Shown here piece after piece: positions 14,084 to 27,494 of a stretch of 64,000 nucleotides of DNA. Source of the DNA: Octopus sinensis (taxonomy: Eukaryota); contig NC_042998.1 in assembly GCF_006345805.1 (NCBI RefSeq), positions 102,052,001-102,116,000 on the forward strand. Reading direction: 5' to 3'. The notes under the pieces are model-generated. The model worked only from the letters and a program-made list of their open reading frames with translations. It was not told the origin of the DNA and ran no database searches. The first letter of the stretch is position 1, and each line of letters opens with the position of its first letter. The position numbers and the translations under genes are program-made.

Positions 14084-14589
14084 ACAATTATTCGGTAGCC
14101 ATGATAAAACTCCGAGTTTCGGATGCCGAGGTGGAAATCCATTTATATAGACGTGTGTATGAATCTTTATGGTGCGCGTGTGTGTGTTGGGGGTTTCTAT
14201 GTATATACGTATACATTTGGTGAATGGTGAGAGTCAGGATGTTTACGTTTTCAAGTGAGGTGTGATGAATGTATACTTTCAGGCGCACGCCCGTGGGTGT
14301 GCGGGCGTGCATTGTAGGTATGAATAGACGCGCTTATGCGAATACTGTGAACGTTTTTACCCCCTTATTTACGGTCATTCAAACAGCGCTTTTGTCATAA
14401 TAACGGTCATGTTTCATAGCATTTTCCGATGGCCGGATAACTGAAGAGATAGTGGCGTAGATGTCCACCTCGGCATCCGAAACTCGGAGTTTTATCATGG
14501 CTACCGAATAATTGTCACATATTATATTTACAGATAAATTCCTCTATTTTCATAATATCGAAGTTTCTCTCCTTTCTTTTGTTGTCTTA

Positions 14590-14592
<3 letters not shown>
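14084..14592 (+). mobile_element. Non-coding PLE-derived element with 56-bp inverted repeat and HHR, inserted in (TA)n
   Basis: 14084-14139 is the reverse complement of 14460-14515 (one mismatch). HHR at 14436-14496, 3' tail to ~14592, (TA)n on both flanks. Confidence 0.8.
14436..14496 (+). ncRNA. Type I hammerhead ribozyme
   Basis: gataa-CTGAAGA-...gtgg...ccac...atcc-GAAAC-tcgga-GTT-ttatc. Stem I gataa/ttatc is perfect; stem II is partly deleted. Confidence 0.75.
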
Positions 14593-14643
<51 letters not shown>

Positions 14644-14817
14644 ACGCTGAACTATTGAAAAATCTACTGCTACTCTGTCCAGATTAAAAGTTCAATTTTA
14701 TATATGTAAATATCGAGGCACAGGGATATGTGACACAGTACCTAAATATCATTCTTGAGAAATAAAGCTTTCCAAAACTAGAAAGGAGAGAGCTAATTCG
14801 AAGACTACATGTAGTCT

Positions 14818-14872
<55 letters not shown>

Positions 14873-15689
14873 GCATACACGCACTGGTGGACATAAACAC
14901 AAACACACATATCAATGACTTAACTGCACTTACAAACACACATATATACATAATCTAAGAAACGTATAACTAAGTGAATTTAAGTAGAAATACATTTTGT
15001 AATTTGAAAAATAAAACAGAGCAATTAATGAAATCTAATTAATTATAATAATATTTATTTTCAATCTGTTATAAGTCAATCGAAATAATAATTCGATGTT
15101 TTTCTCAAGGAGGTGACATTTATTCATTCATCCAACAATAATTTTAATAATAATAATAGTTATAAAACGAAGTTACTTTGAATTCCGATAAACTTTTGAC
15201 ATTAATCTCATAAATAAATCCGAGATAAAATATTTTTAATTAATCTGTTATTTTATCTTTGTGAAGTCAATAGGTTCATGCAAATTGCTACTGCACAAAC
15301 CGGTGCATGATCTTATTCTAGTGTGCATGATGTTTTTTTTTTTTGGAAGGTGAAATATATTTACACATCTCAACAATACTTTTTTTATTAATGCTTTTCA
15401 CACGTGGTTTCTAGTTTTACTTTACATTACGTAAATTTGTTCGCGGTGTCTGCTTAGAGCCAGACGTGACTGGTTTGAGTATACTGTGTGAATATACATC
15501 ATGCAGACTAGAATACGTATTCTGTTATTTTATTGGGTGTCGATTGCTTAGAGAATATCTTCTGCTGTAGTGTTTCGTGTTGACACCAGAGAACATGTAT
15601 TGTACTTTGGATTGTCTCTATTCTATAGGACGTAATTGTGTTTAGAGTTCACTATGTCAATTTTCTTAATCAAAACTGACATCGCCATG

Positions 15690-16132
15690 TAAAAGATTTG
15701 GGAAGTGATATACAGCGGTAAAATTCTTGAAGGACTTGTTTCAAAGTTTGGCATTGAAAGTTACACAAACACCAGAAAGGGGCTACACTGTTTAGTGCCA
15801 AAGATCTCAATATCGTCATCAACATATAGCATCGATTTCAAGAGCCTAGAGCTCTTCAATATCCTTCCAAAGACCCTGAGAGGCCTATATTGGGGAGGGG
15901 AACGTAGGTGTCTTTAAAACAAAGCTGGATCTTCTGTCAAGAGTTCCGTTTCAACATAACTCGCGACTGGGAACGCAAATGAAGGTAGAAGGTAGCAAAA
16001 TGAAACTCATTCATTCACCAAATATCACATATCACAGGCGGATTGAAATGATCAAATTTAAATAGAAACTAAGAGCGGTGTCCTAACATGGCCTCAGCTC
16101 TTGAGCTGTAACTAGTAAAAGAATCAAAGAAT
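15690..16132 (+). mobile_element. CR1/L2-like LINE 3' end relic
   Basis: 'KILEGLVSKFGIESYTNTRKGLHCLVPK...ELFNILPKTLRGL...VFKTKLDL' is typical of CR1-group ORF2 C-termini. It is followed by a 3' tail resembling the SINE A tail. Confidence 0.65.
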
Positions 16133-16820
16133 AGAAGCAACGTGCTTATCTTTAACGTTACGGAGTGTCTGTAACATTGTAAACCTGTGTAGATAGGTTT
16201 TACTTCTTGACTTACACGTTGTGCCTCGCTTCTATTTGATTTCAGTCGTCATATATTTGTTCTTTGATTGTTTCTCCAAGTTCCATTTTGGGTGGCGTTG
16301 CAATTTCGATGTCAATCAGGATACAGGCATTTCCGTCGTAATCCTTGATAATCGAATCCAGTTGCTTTGCCTTGCACAATTTGAGCAACCATATACCAGC
16401 TGATTATATGCCAAATCAATTCTGTATGTTATGTTTGGTTCATTATCATAAGATCGCTCCTATGTTTTCACATCATTGTGTCAGAATTATACATTAGAAA
16501 TGCATGCCAAATTGGCCTTATCTGATTAATATACTCTTAGCCGATAACAACAGGTAATGCTAAAATGATATGATTAACTATCGTCGTAGTGCTGGTTGAA
16601 TAATGGGACTTGATGTTAATATCATTTTACATTCCTTCATTTGCGTAGGTGTTCATAGGTTTTATACATCTAAAAATCTTTTCTTCTTTTACCCCAGATA
16701 ATTTTAGCCCCCAAATTGTGTAATATGGAATGATTTGTTATTATATTGTTATTTAGTATATTTTTGGATTACGCCTTATTTTAACTTTTTCTTAAACCTC
16801 TCTGTTGTTTCGTCTTTATA

Positions 16821-16985
16821 GGCGCAGGTCTAGCCGACTGATATAACGTTCCTTCCCAAATACATGGACTTAAGGTCAGTCACGCTGCATAACACCTTGC
16901 GCAAGTGTCTTCTACTAAGGCCTAGGGCCAGCCAAAGCCTTGTGAAAGGATATGGTAGACGGAAACTAAAAACAGCCCTTCGTAT
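16821..16985 (+). mobile_element. SINE family A, 5' half (diverged)
   Basis: GGCGCAGG...CACCTTGCGCAAGTGTCTTCTACTA...GCCTTGTGAAAGGATATGGTAGACGGAAACT, homologous to 8729-8865. Confidence 0.8.
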
Positions 16986-17021
16986 ACATGTATATGTTTA
17001 TGTACATACGCACACACACAC

Positions 17022-17119
<98 letters not shown>

Positions 17120-17139
17120 CATATACATATATATACGTT

Positions 17140-18060
17140 AAATAAAAGGAACATGAAAGCCAAAGCTGTGTAGAAGTTACATTTTATAAATGTCCTGAAA
17201 AGAGAAAGTAGAGTCTTACATCTGTTTCTGGGATATTAGGGATATCCCTTCATCAGAGGCGATGTGAGATGGTTAAATAGAGCGAAATATTAGAGTTCAA
17301 TATGAGCAGTTGTTTTATAAAAAGGAAGAAAATAAGGAGTATATAGGGAGATAGGAGAATGAATGTAAAAATAGAAAATAAAAATGTATAAGATGTTATA
17401 GTTGCAGTTCCATTATCCAAGAAAAGTGGTGTGTAAAAGTGGTAAAAATGCTTCCTGTCCGTGGTATGTAAATTCCAATAGCAGTTCATATTTTGTCATC
17501 ATAAATGGAAAGTATGGAGACGTAGATTCCTCGTGCTGTTCATTCAAAGAGGTTTTGTTCTGTGAAAGAAAATTTAAGAACGTATTTGTAGTATTAAGTG
17601 GTAGTAAATTCATCCGCATACGCACGCATATGCATGCCCATATGATATGTGATCTGTGGTTATTTAGGTTGTATTTAGATTTATGCTGAAAACCGTCGGA
17701 TTAAATCCAAGTTTCACGACGATTATACCTTCATATGGTTTAGAGAAGTGTAAATAATCCAATGAAAAGAAGACAACTACTTACTCTTCACCAAATCATA
17801 TGATGGTATAATCGCCATGAAATTTGGGTTATCTACACCTGAATTATTCCAGCTTTGGTCTGGATCTCAACAGTGCTGATAGCCCAGTATTCGGGTCGAG
17901 TGCTTCTCTGGAAATACCCCAAATTCACACCCAACTGACCTTAGCCATTTGCTCTATACCAAGTATACACTTCGTATATTTGAACTTATCCGATTGAGCG
18001 CTGAAAGGGTCTTTCCAAAACGATGAAGAGAATTCATATTGATGCGCCTCTGAAAGGTAT
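17140..18060 (-). mobile_element. Decayed PLE fragment (GIY-YIG relic plus pseudo-LTR with HHR)
   Basis: HHR at 17213-17260(-). A GIY-YIG-like 'WRLYHH' relic lies near 17800. Sits between the two SINE halves. Confidence 0.6.
17213..17260 (-). ncRNA. Type I hammerhead ribozyme
   Basis: Minus strand reads gcct-CTGATGA-agggata tccctaa tatccca-GAAAC-agat-GTA-agac. Stem II gggata/tatccc; stem III is one change from CAGCTG. Confidence 0.8.
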
Positions 18061-18099
18061 ATATAAGTGTGTATGTGTGTGGGGGGTATATGTATGTAT

Positions 18100-18322
18100 A
18101 TGTGTGTGCGTTTTTGTGCCTGTGTTTGTTCCCTTCCCCACTAAAGCTTGCCACCCGGAGTTAGTGTGTTTGTGTCCCATTAACATAGCAGTTCGGCAAG
18201 AGACAACAGATTAAGTACTAGGCTTATAAAATAAATAAATTCATTCGACTAAAAATTTAAGGAGTGCCCCAGCATGAATGCAGTCTAATGACTGAAACAT
18301 TTAAAGCATAGAAAATAAAAAG
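18100..18322 (+). mobile_element. SINE family A, 3' half (diverged)
   Basis: GTGTTTGTTCCC...GCAGTTCGGCAAGAGAC...AAGTACTAGGCTT...GTGCCCCAGCATG...TGACTGAAAC. Confidence 0.8.
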
Positions 18323-18887
18323 ATCTAATTATATATTATCGATGTAGATTGTTTTTCTTTTTCCCCAGAAACAAATATATTCAGCTATGTCGCCCACACA
18401 CTCATTCCTGTAGATTAAAGACCTACTGAAAATTTAATATATATATGATATAAATCTTTACTTTTCACAACACTTTGGGGCACATATCTTGCATTCTATA
18501 TGTACTACTTCTCTGAAAAATAAATTAAAACTACTACCAAATAGTCACTAAAACACATATATAATGATAGCCAATGTTAATTAAATTATATACTACTACA
18601 AGCTAAGAGAAGTTGCAAAAGCTAGCTTTCGCAACCAGTAATGAAAACTTAGTTACGAATCACAGTATTGGTCTATAGTGCAATACTGAGACAAGTACAA
18701 TTTTGTCCCTCTTACAAATATTAGCCGGAGCAGTCACAGAAACCATCAAGAGAGTCTCAGGTTTATGCATATGGCCAAAAGTTGAAATGAAAGTATGACA
18801 GTAATTTGGATGATAAACGGAAAAGGAACGGTTAAAGAAAGTAGAGAAATAGATAGCAGGAAAAAAGAAACGGACAGAGGATTATAT

Positions 18888-18985
<98 letters not shown>

Positions 18986-19749
18986 TGTGTGGAGAGAAAC
19001 AAGTAAAATTTAGAAAAGTGAAGTTTCTTAGAGATGGTCTATGGAGCAACGAAGCAGGTTAGGAAGTAGAGCTATAAATATTCAAAGAACATCCACGGCA
19101 ATTCACATACTGTCATATAACTGTCGAAAAATAGCTTAGACATTCCATTTATGAAATTACAATATACTCTGCATACAAGTAAAGAAACTTTCGTTACAGG
19201 TACTTATATTGATTTATGGTATTTCTAAATGAGCCCATTCCTAGAACATAATAAATAGAATAGAAACGTGGGGGAAAAAAAACCCTGAAAAGTTTACGTT
19301 ATATTACTTGCTGCCACCAAAGTATGTGTTTGCGTATTCAACTACTGACCACGTTATTTGAAACTTTGCACTACATTCATCTTGTTGTCAACAGTTTTGC
19401 TTGAACAAATCAGTATTATTTTTAAACTGAAAAGCCTTCGAGAACATTCATGCAGTTTGCATTACGTTAAAGTTATTTTCTTTTAACCAACTCTAAAAAT
19501 AGAAAGATAAAAAAAAAAACTATCACTTGCCAGCTTACTTTATTATAAAGATATACCTACTTATAGGAGTTTTCCCAAAATGAAGTGATATTGTCAGAAT
19601 TGCATTTGGGTTCAAAATTTCGGGTGTGTTAATCTGATGTCCTAAGGCTGACTTTTTGAGAGCTCTAGTATCTGATTTGCAATTACTTCTCGATGAAAAT
19701 TTCATACTACCTCTGAACCAATTTTAAACTATTGGTTTCAAATTTTGGC

Positions 19750-19927
19750 CTAAGATCATCGATTTTAGAGATGGGATAAGTCGATTACACTAATCCCAGT
19801 TTTCAACCAGGCACTTACCTTATCGACCAGGAATGGATGAAAGCCAAAGTCGACTGCGGTGGAATTTGAATTCTGATCGTAAAGAAGGACGAAATGCCGC
19901 AATAACATTCAGCCCACTCGACGCCTT
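19750..19927 (-). mobile_element. tRNA-derived SINE family B (diverged)
   Basis: The reverse complement contains TTCAAATTCCACCGCAGTCGACTTTGGCTTTCATCC...GTCGATAA, matching 61094-61320. Confidence 0.75.
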
Positions 19928-20749
19928 AACTAATTTTAAAACATTAATGTACACATTTAGAAATTGCTTCTTTATTTTTCATGAGACCAAATTATCAATA
20001 TATGACGATTGATGTGCGATAGTTATGACTAAGAAAGTCTATAGTGTTGTACGAGACCAATTTATCAATTTAACATTTTACTATCAGCCAACGTTTAATG
20101 TAATATCTTAATCTCTGCCAATACCGACACAAGTACTAATGTAAACTTTTTAATATATTTAGATATATGCAGATGAATTGTTTTTAAAGCCTATCAATTT
20201 GCTCTTCATTTATTTATATGAACAGTCGTCACCTCTATAGACTCAATATTTTCACCACGTATACTTTGAAACATTTAAATGCAGAAATAAATAAAACTGA
20301 CCGATTAAAGTTACAGTTTGAATTGTTTAGACATACCTGTGTGTGGCTGGTCCTATATGTATACATTGTCATCCACTAATAATTTTTGCCACCAGTCCGT
20401 CGTACATCTGGAACTTTGTCAAATATTATTACTTGACATCTGATTAATTTACGGATTGGTAGTAGAATCACATTTTCTAATCTATATTGCAGCAGGTAAA
20501 GAAATATACATATTACTGAGGTGGTGAGTACAACGTCGGGAAATGAATAATACCCTTGCTTGGTGTCAGGGTGCTCATTTAAGACACTGGAAATGAATAA
20601 GACCTAGCTTTTGTCACAGTATTTCTGCCGTTTATCCTGATTGCTGGTTATTTCGATTCGATTTTACCTGTCACTTGGTAAAAGCGTTTATCACAATAAT
20701 CCAATTATGTGCAAATGTTTCTTTAAGATAATCATATGTGTTATTTCTC

Positions 20750-21535
20750 AATACATCTACTGTAAGTCCTGGGGCAATGAAAAAAGTAGTGTAGCAACGT
20801 GTGAGGACTTAACCAGTTGAGAGCGTACAGTTGAAAATCTACTCAAAGTCGATGGAAGTCTTAACCTAACGTCGTCGTTGTGCCTTACCGTGAGAGATAC
20901 TAACTTTGGTGGAGATTTTTGTGGTTGAGCAGCCCCTATAGGGAAACATTGGTCACTCAAATTCTTGAGAAGGAAATGGAAAAGGTGCGCTGAATGTAGC
21001 CCATGACATCGACACTGGTTACCTTCCTGCAGTTAGCGGTGACTCATTCAAGCAGGAACAAGAAAGATAAAAGACGTAATAAAATATTTGCAAAAGATTT
21101 GTTGCTGGAGTGTTAGAACCCCACTGGATCAAAATTCATATAAGTGTCCTAAGCGAAGAAAAGAATTTGTGATAAAAGAATATATATATTGCAGCATAGT
21201 CTCAAACACATCTCGTCGAGGAATATCAGCTTACTGATGTGTCATCAGGCTACACACTCTGCTGGGTTGTTAAACGAAAAGAAAGTGTTGTCTGATTTGC
21301 GATCAGAATACATTTAGTAGAATTTTGGAGTGTCATTTTAGTATCGCTGCTCTCTTAATAAAGCTTCGCTTTCCTTTACTTGTCGACGATATTTGACAAT
21401 TTTGCTAATTTATGCGACAGCTCTCGAAACCAATGAAAATATCACGATTTTCTATGGAAATCTGCGCACAGGTATTACATCTACACTTGTTGATGGAAAA
21501 CTGACTATTCTTGACAGCTTCATGGTCTACAGCGT
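20750..21535 (+). mobile_element. RTE (BovB-like) LINE 5' relic with APE endonuclease
   Basis: Broken frames give 'WSVRTPLDQNS..P.RR', 'IAA.SQTHL.EE.QL', 'SGYTLCW', 'FAIRIHL' and 'IYATAL...FYGNL...KLTILD'. Confidence 0.7.
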
Positions 21536-22699
21536 ATCTTGTAAAAGAGTCGCTACATTTTGTATTAGTGCTTGAAACCTTGTCGGAAATAACAAATATT
21601 TTTGTTAATGAAGTAGAGTTACATAGTAAGATTGGAAAGACAAATAAAAACCAAATTACAGCTTATCCATGTTTATATTGTAACCTCACTGTTGCTGGAC
21701 CACAAATCCGTTTTCACGTTATAAATTCTTGACTTGAAAAACATTTTAACAAAATGGATGAAAAACCCTGCTTTCTTTATGTCTAAATTAAACATTTATA
21801 AGGATTACTTTCATGATTTTAATTTTCAGAGCAATGGCGCATTAACAATTAATTAAGCAACCCACTTCAAATCAATTCAACCTCTCTTTATTGCCTATTT
21901 TCAAATTGAATACATATCTAATCTGCATTTTGTTGGCTATGGTTGAGGGGAAATATACATTTAAATTATTTATTGATTCCCTTCTGCCATTGTGTTCCCG
22001 AATTAATGCACTAATGTACGCCTAGTCACAAATATCTTTCGAAATGATTTTCTTAACATTTTGATAATGCTCATTGGACTTAAAATTTCATTATAGAAAT
22101 CATTTCCGCAAAGTCATGTTTTTAATTGCAATTTCCACTTTCTCCTAATATATATAATCCTATGCTTTGCACATTTAACTTTAATTCATTTAAGACAGAA
22201 TACAGAATAAGTTTTTGCATAAGTAGGCCAACAGTGATAATCAATCAAGTTCATGAAATCTATATTTAAAGTCAGATACGAATTATTTCCTCTGAAGTTT
22301 TAATTAATTGATATTAAAATATATTGATTCACAAATAATAAAATTTCAGTTTTCTTAATCTATAAAGTCGCTTCCAAATACTCTATTGAGAACTATCCTG
22401 AATCATAACTTAAAACGAGGTATTCGCATTCACTGTCTAATTATTTGCTCAACAAAGAGAAGTCCTTCTACTTAGTCAATATATTAAGAAATCGAAGTTA
22501 TACAACGAGCAACGCGTTAAAAATTCTGAAGCTCATTTCTGAATATTGTAATACCTCGACACACTGTCTAGCATCTCTGCTCTGAACATCTCACATACCA
22601 CGTGCTCCATCACAATCTAGGCAAACAAATTGGTTCCAATCAATGGCAAAGTTAATTCTTTCTAATTTATATACAAGACCACTAATTTCAAAGGGGAGA

Positions 22700-22850
22700 C
22701 GTTGATAGCATTCGAGGACATTGCTCAACTGGCTTAGTGCAAAATGATAAAAGGCGAATTCGAATTTGAACTCAGAACGGACAGAACTGAAGGCAATATC
22801 GCTAAACATTTGGGCTCGAGCGTTAATGATTCTATAGATAACTGCCTTTA
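22700..22850 (+). mobile_element. SINE family B relic
   Basis: Diverged AATGATAAAAGGCGAATTCGAATTTGAACTCAGAACG...CTAAACATT, antisense to the SINE B head. Confidence 0.5.
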
Positions 22851-23557
22851 ATGGTTTACTCGATGAAAAATATCATTGAAAATCTTAAGCATTTGTACTG
22901 CCAGCACCGTACTAAGTAATGTTTAAATACAGTTTTTCACAAATCACATTGCATTAAAATTATTTGAAATACCTCTCATAATCTGTGTAATAAAAATGAC
23001 TAACTAGTCTATATCCTGAAAATGAGATATTTTTATATCATTGGATAGAGGCATAGAAGTTAAATGAATGCATTTTCTCCTGACATTCAGGATGTTAAAA
23101 TTTTCATTAAAGGGAGTATTAAAGTTTCCTCTAAATCATATCAATATCCCATACATATTAGAAGATTTAAAATTGCATGCGGTACCAAGTTTTGATTAGA
23201 TCGATTTCGTAGTGGTTTATTTGGTTTAATTAAAAATCGTTCATATTCTGAGTGTTTCATGTATACGTTTGCTACTTTTGTATGGAAAGAATACTCAGTG
23301 ACAAATCATTGTTGTTGCCACAGCAATAATCACATCTATGACCCACAATCTGTTTAAAAGTTCTCAAAGCAGTAAATCCTCACATCGCTCAATATGTTAT
23401 TACTTATACATGTGCAGTGGGATCAACATTAATTGAAACAAAATCTTGATGTTATTAATATAAATAAAACAAATTGAATATTCTCAATATCATCATTGTT
23501 CTACCAGTACTATGACCCACAAGCTATAGTTGCATCCACTACTATACGTGCACTAAA

Positions 23558-23762
23558 GCGGCGAGCTGGCAGAAACGTTAGCACGCCGGGCAAAATACTT
23601 AGCGGTATTTCGTCTGCCGTTACGTTCTGAGTTCCAATTCTGCCGAGGTCGTCTTTGCCTTTCATTCTTTCCGGGTCGATAAATTAAGTACCATTTACGC
23701 ATTGGGGTCGATGTAATCGACTGAGATCCGTTTGTCTGTCCTTGTTTGTCCCCTCTGTGTTT
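23558..23762 (+). mobile_element. tRNA-derived SINE family B
   Basis: GGCGAGCTGGCAGAAACGTTAGCACGCCGGGC...GAGTTCCAATTC...GGGGTCGATGTAATCGAC. Closely similar to 61094-61320. Confidence 0.9.
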
Positions 23763-24784
23763 AAAAGTGTCTAGATGAAAAAAATAGAATTAATTAAATA
23801 ATCTGAACGTCAATTTGAACTCAAAACATGTAGAGAGACGGAATACTGCAAATGCTTTCGACCGACGCGCTGACATTTCTGCCAGCACGCTGCAATAGGA
23901 TAATAGCGTTCATTTTAGAAATATATTCTTTATTTTTACTGTTTAAGCATTATTTCTTACTTCCTTAATTACTGTCATTAAATTTCGTAACATTTTACCT
24001 TATAATTGTTTTTCTACTAGTTCTTGTTCAATGCGACTAACGATTCTGAATTTCTCATGCATTTTACTATCATTTAAGCCTTTAATTTAAAATTTTAAAA
24101 AATTATGTTAATTGAAGATGAATATATGCTTTACTGCCCCACTTCAGGTCTGACATATTTTGATTCAACTTTTTTTTCTGCAGAACCAAATCTCAAACTA
24201 TTTATACCTAAGTATAGCTGAGGAGATGTCCTCTTTGCAACTATTAACTATTTGCAATTTAGCTGAGAGCTGAATTAGTGGTGGAGTTTGGAAGCTGCTG
24301 TGATTGACGAAATGATGGACTTAAGAATATATTCAATAACTATTTTTTTCTAGCAGTAATTAAAAATAGAACAAGGTGAATTGGCTATTTTCAAGGCCAA
24401 GGTCAGCGCTTTCATTGATCGCTAGTAGTAGTAAACAATTTTAGCCTCTGCTGATTCCAAGGGTGTGAGGCCGCTTTTGTCTCCTTATCACACAAAAATG
24501 CCCACTGTTGATATCTTCACCATCTGCCGAATTGATTTATAGACCTCTGGAATTTAATCTATTTGCCAAGTTCTCCCCATTGCTCCTACTATTCCCTTAA
24601 GCATTCATATATTTATGATCATTTTAAGTACAAGACAAAAGTGGAAACTAAACAACAATTACCTTTACATACTAATAATGATGGTAATAAGGATAATAAC
24701 AATAATTTAACCAAAACTCATATCGGCTCAGAGGAAATGTTAACAATGACAAATAGTAGTAAAACATGAAAATAAAAATATCAG

Positions 24785-24810
24785 TGATGATGATCATGAT
24801 GATAATGATG

Positions 24811-24843
<33 letters not shown>

Positions 24844-24990
24844 ATGATGATGTTGTTGTTGTTGTTGATGATGATGATGATGATGATGATGAAGAAGATG
24901 ATGATTATGATGATCATGATCATGATGATAAAGATGATGATGATGATCATCATCATGATCATGATTATGTTGATGATGATGATGTTGATG
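24785..24990. repeat. (ATG)n / (ATC)n compound microsatellite
   Basis: Directly visible; it explains the poly-Met/Ile ORFs. Confidence 0.95.
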
Positions 24991-24994
24991 GTGT

Positions 24995-25670
24995 CATTAT
25001 CCAGCCAGGGATCAGCACACACCGCGTAGATGGAACTAACTAATTAACGTTGTGATCATGGAGTGTTACTACCTGAGCAACCCCGTAGACGAAAATGGTG
25101 TTCATCTTAGGGGATACCGACAACGTATATATGATCATTGGCGGAAAAGAGGATTGTTTCAACTCACGGGACATAAATTATGTGTTCAAGCTAGAACAAT
25201 AAAAAATCGTTGGTTCACAGAAGTAGAGCTCGGGGCTATCAAAAGACGGGTATTGGAAAACAGCAGCAGAGGAAACGATTAAAATACAGTTCCTTCTGAT
25301 AAAAGTAGCATAATAGCAGAAAACAAATGTGAAATCTCTAATACACCACAGGAAAGGAACAGTGATACCTTGCTTGATGAGAGACATATAAATGGTGACG
25401 TGACAGACGGGCAAAAGGCAATCTACGACAAATTTATAGGCAAGTCTACAGGAGAACGATAGCGACATTATTTGCAACCTTAAAATTGTTGATCGGTGGA
25501 AATTGAACCACCAAACGAAACATGTGAATAATACTGTGAAATACATCAGAACAAGAAACATCACAGAAACAAATAATTTGATCAAAGGAGCAAGTATTGT
25601 TGTAAGGGAAAATGTAGGTGTTGATGTCAAGAAAAAGAAATATAATGGGTGTGACAAAAGAAGAGATCCA
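24995..25670 (+). mobile_element. R4/Dong-clade non-LTR retrotransposon, 5' fragment
   Basis: 'MECYYLSNP...RGYRQRIYDHWRKRGLFQLT..KLCVQARTIK..WFTEVEL' and 'NITETNNLIKGAS'. Same family as 52620-53300. Confidence 0.85.
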
Positions 25671-26159
25671 TGTACAGACGTTCACATACATAACACCTCC
25701 ACCAACACAAACATACACACGCACCTACAGACGTACACATACACACACGGGAAAAAAGATATGCACAGACATGCGCACACAAAACAGCCTAATAAATAAT
25801 TATCACACACATACAAACACGCACACACAAACGTGCACACATATACACGCACCATCCTCCCAAATATAAAACAGACCCATTTACACACACCACAATGAAC
25901 TCTGGGACCAATCGAAAATGACCCCCACACAAAAACGCAAACACATGTATATACACACATACATAGAATCGTGCAAAGACACACACACATCATTCTGACC
26001 TCTAAGACCAGTCGCAAAAGCCACTGAACCATGACAAACTAGCCCAGAAACAAAAAAATCATTTTAATTCCACATTGCCCTTCTTCCATCCACCCCAATC
26101 AACCTCCAAAACTGTCCCTTAAAACAGGAAATTATCCTTAGCTACCCACAAAATAAAAA

Positions 26160-26510
26160 ATGCTAGGAAATGTTCGTTCCTCTCAAATTCTTTTATTTGC
26201 ACAGTATTTTTGCTTTCTCATTATTACTTAGTAGTGTGGATTGTCTACTAATTTCGTTAAGAATCCGTATTTTCTATATTTTTTACATTATTTATCCACA
26301 GGGTTTGTTTGGGTAGTGGTACTCCTGTTTGGATGGCTTTGAGGGAGTATCCAGATTCTTTCGTGGCTGCTGCATATATTATGTCATTTAGCTTAGTGCT
26401 ATTGCCATTTGTTTCTGTGGCTTTTAGTTCTGTGACGGCCAAGTTCAAGCTATCTATTATTGATGTTGTTTTATTGTCTATTTTGACTGTGGGATGTCTT
26501 TGATTTTAAT
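26160..26510 (-). mobile_element. R4/Dong fragment abutting (TAA)n
   Basis: 'LNLAVTEL...TKLNDIIYAAAT...PKQTLWINN' resembles the Dong pre-RT region. Adjacent to (TTA)n at 26510-26600. Confidence 0.6.
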
Positions 26511-26545
26511 ATTATTATTATTAGTAGTAGTAGTAGTATTATTAA

Positions 26546-26585
<40 letters not shown>

Positions 26586-26986
26586 GTTATTATTATTATT
26601 AATTCTTCTAATCATTATTATTTTTACCTAAATGCATGAACATATTCATATTTATATGTACGTAATTATATAACCTGTATATAATTTTATGTTGAATGTC
26701 ACTATGAACATACAGTTGAAATTAATTATAAATACAGAAAAGTTGGTATAATTATGTATGTTTCCTGAGAAAAGCAAAATTATTTCAAATTTTATATAAA
26801 AGGAATGTCAATTAAATAGGGATTTTTTTTTCCATTTCCGTTTTGTAACTATGCTTACATTGAATTATGAATAGAGTGGCGTTCCTCTAATTCTATTAAG
26901 CTACTAATTATGTAAGAACCGTTAATTGCATGTAACATTAAACATTTGGAAATCAAAGTTTAAATAACATTGAAGAGTATGGATGG

Positions 26987-27076
<90 letters not shown>

Positions 27077-27112
27077 TATATATATATATAGATATATATA
27101 TATGTATATGTA

Positions 27113-27189
<77 letters not shown>

Positions 27190-27191
<2 letters not shown>

Positions 27192-27345
27192 CAAAGTAGA
27201 GGTGTAAGGCACCGCGCGAGTGGAATTATATATGAAAGAAAGTTTGAAAATGCAATTTTAAAAGATGTTAATTTACTTTACCGGTTTCACTTTTTTAGAA
27301 AAAGATTGTCAAAATTAACATGTAAAAGCATGGTTGTGTTAGGTA
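27190..27345 (-). mobile_element. PLE pseudo-LTR relic with decayed HHR (27265-27321)
   Basis: Minus strand reads atgttaatt-TTGACAA-tctttttct aaaaaagt-GAAA-CCGG-TA-...aattaacat. Ends at (TA)n. Confidence 0.55.
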
Positions 27346-27494
27346 CTGGTTGTCACAAAATATTACAATATATATATATACATTATTTGATGATAATAAC
27401 ATGTTAAAACAGTTTACAAGGGAAAATCATGGGAAAATATAAAAAAAATTAACAAGTTCATTAAAATATTGGCCACAAAAGATTCATCTCAGGA

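Noticed and set aside
23558-23650. tRNA genes at SINE heads
   Set aside because: A/B-box-like motifs continue into SINE bodies and no full cloverleaf is evident.
24672-25029. Poly-Met/poly-Ile ORFs, and likewise the YI-, HT-, CV- and YLSI-repeat ORFs throughout
   Set aside because: Translations of microsatellites.
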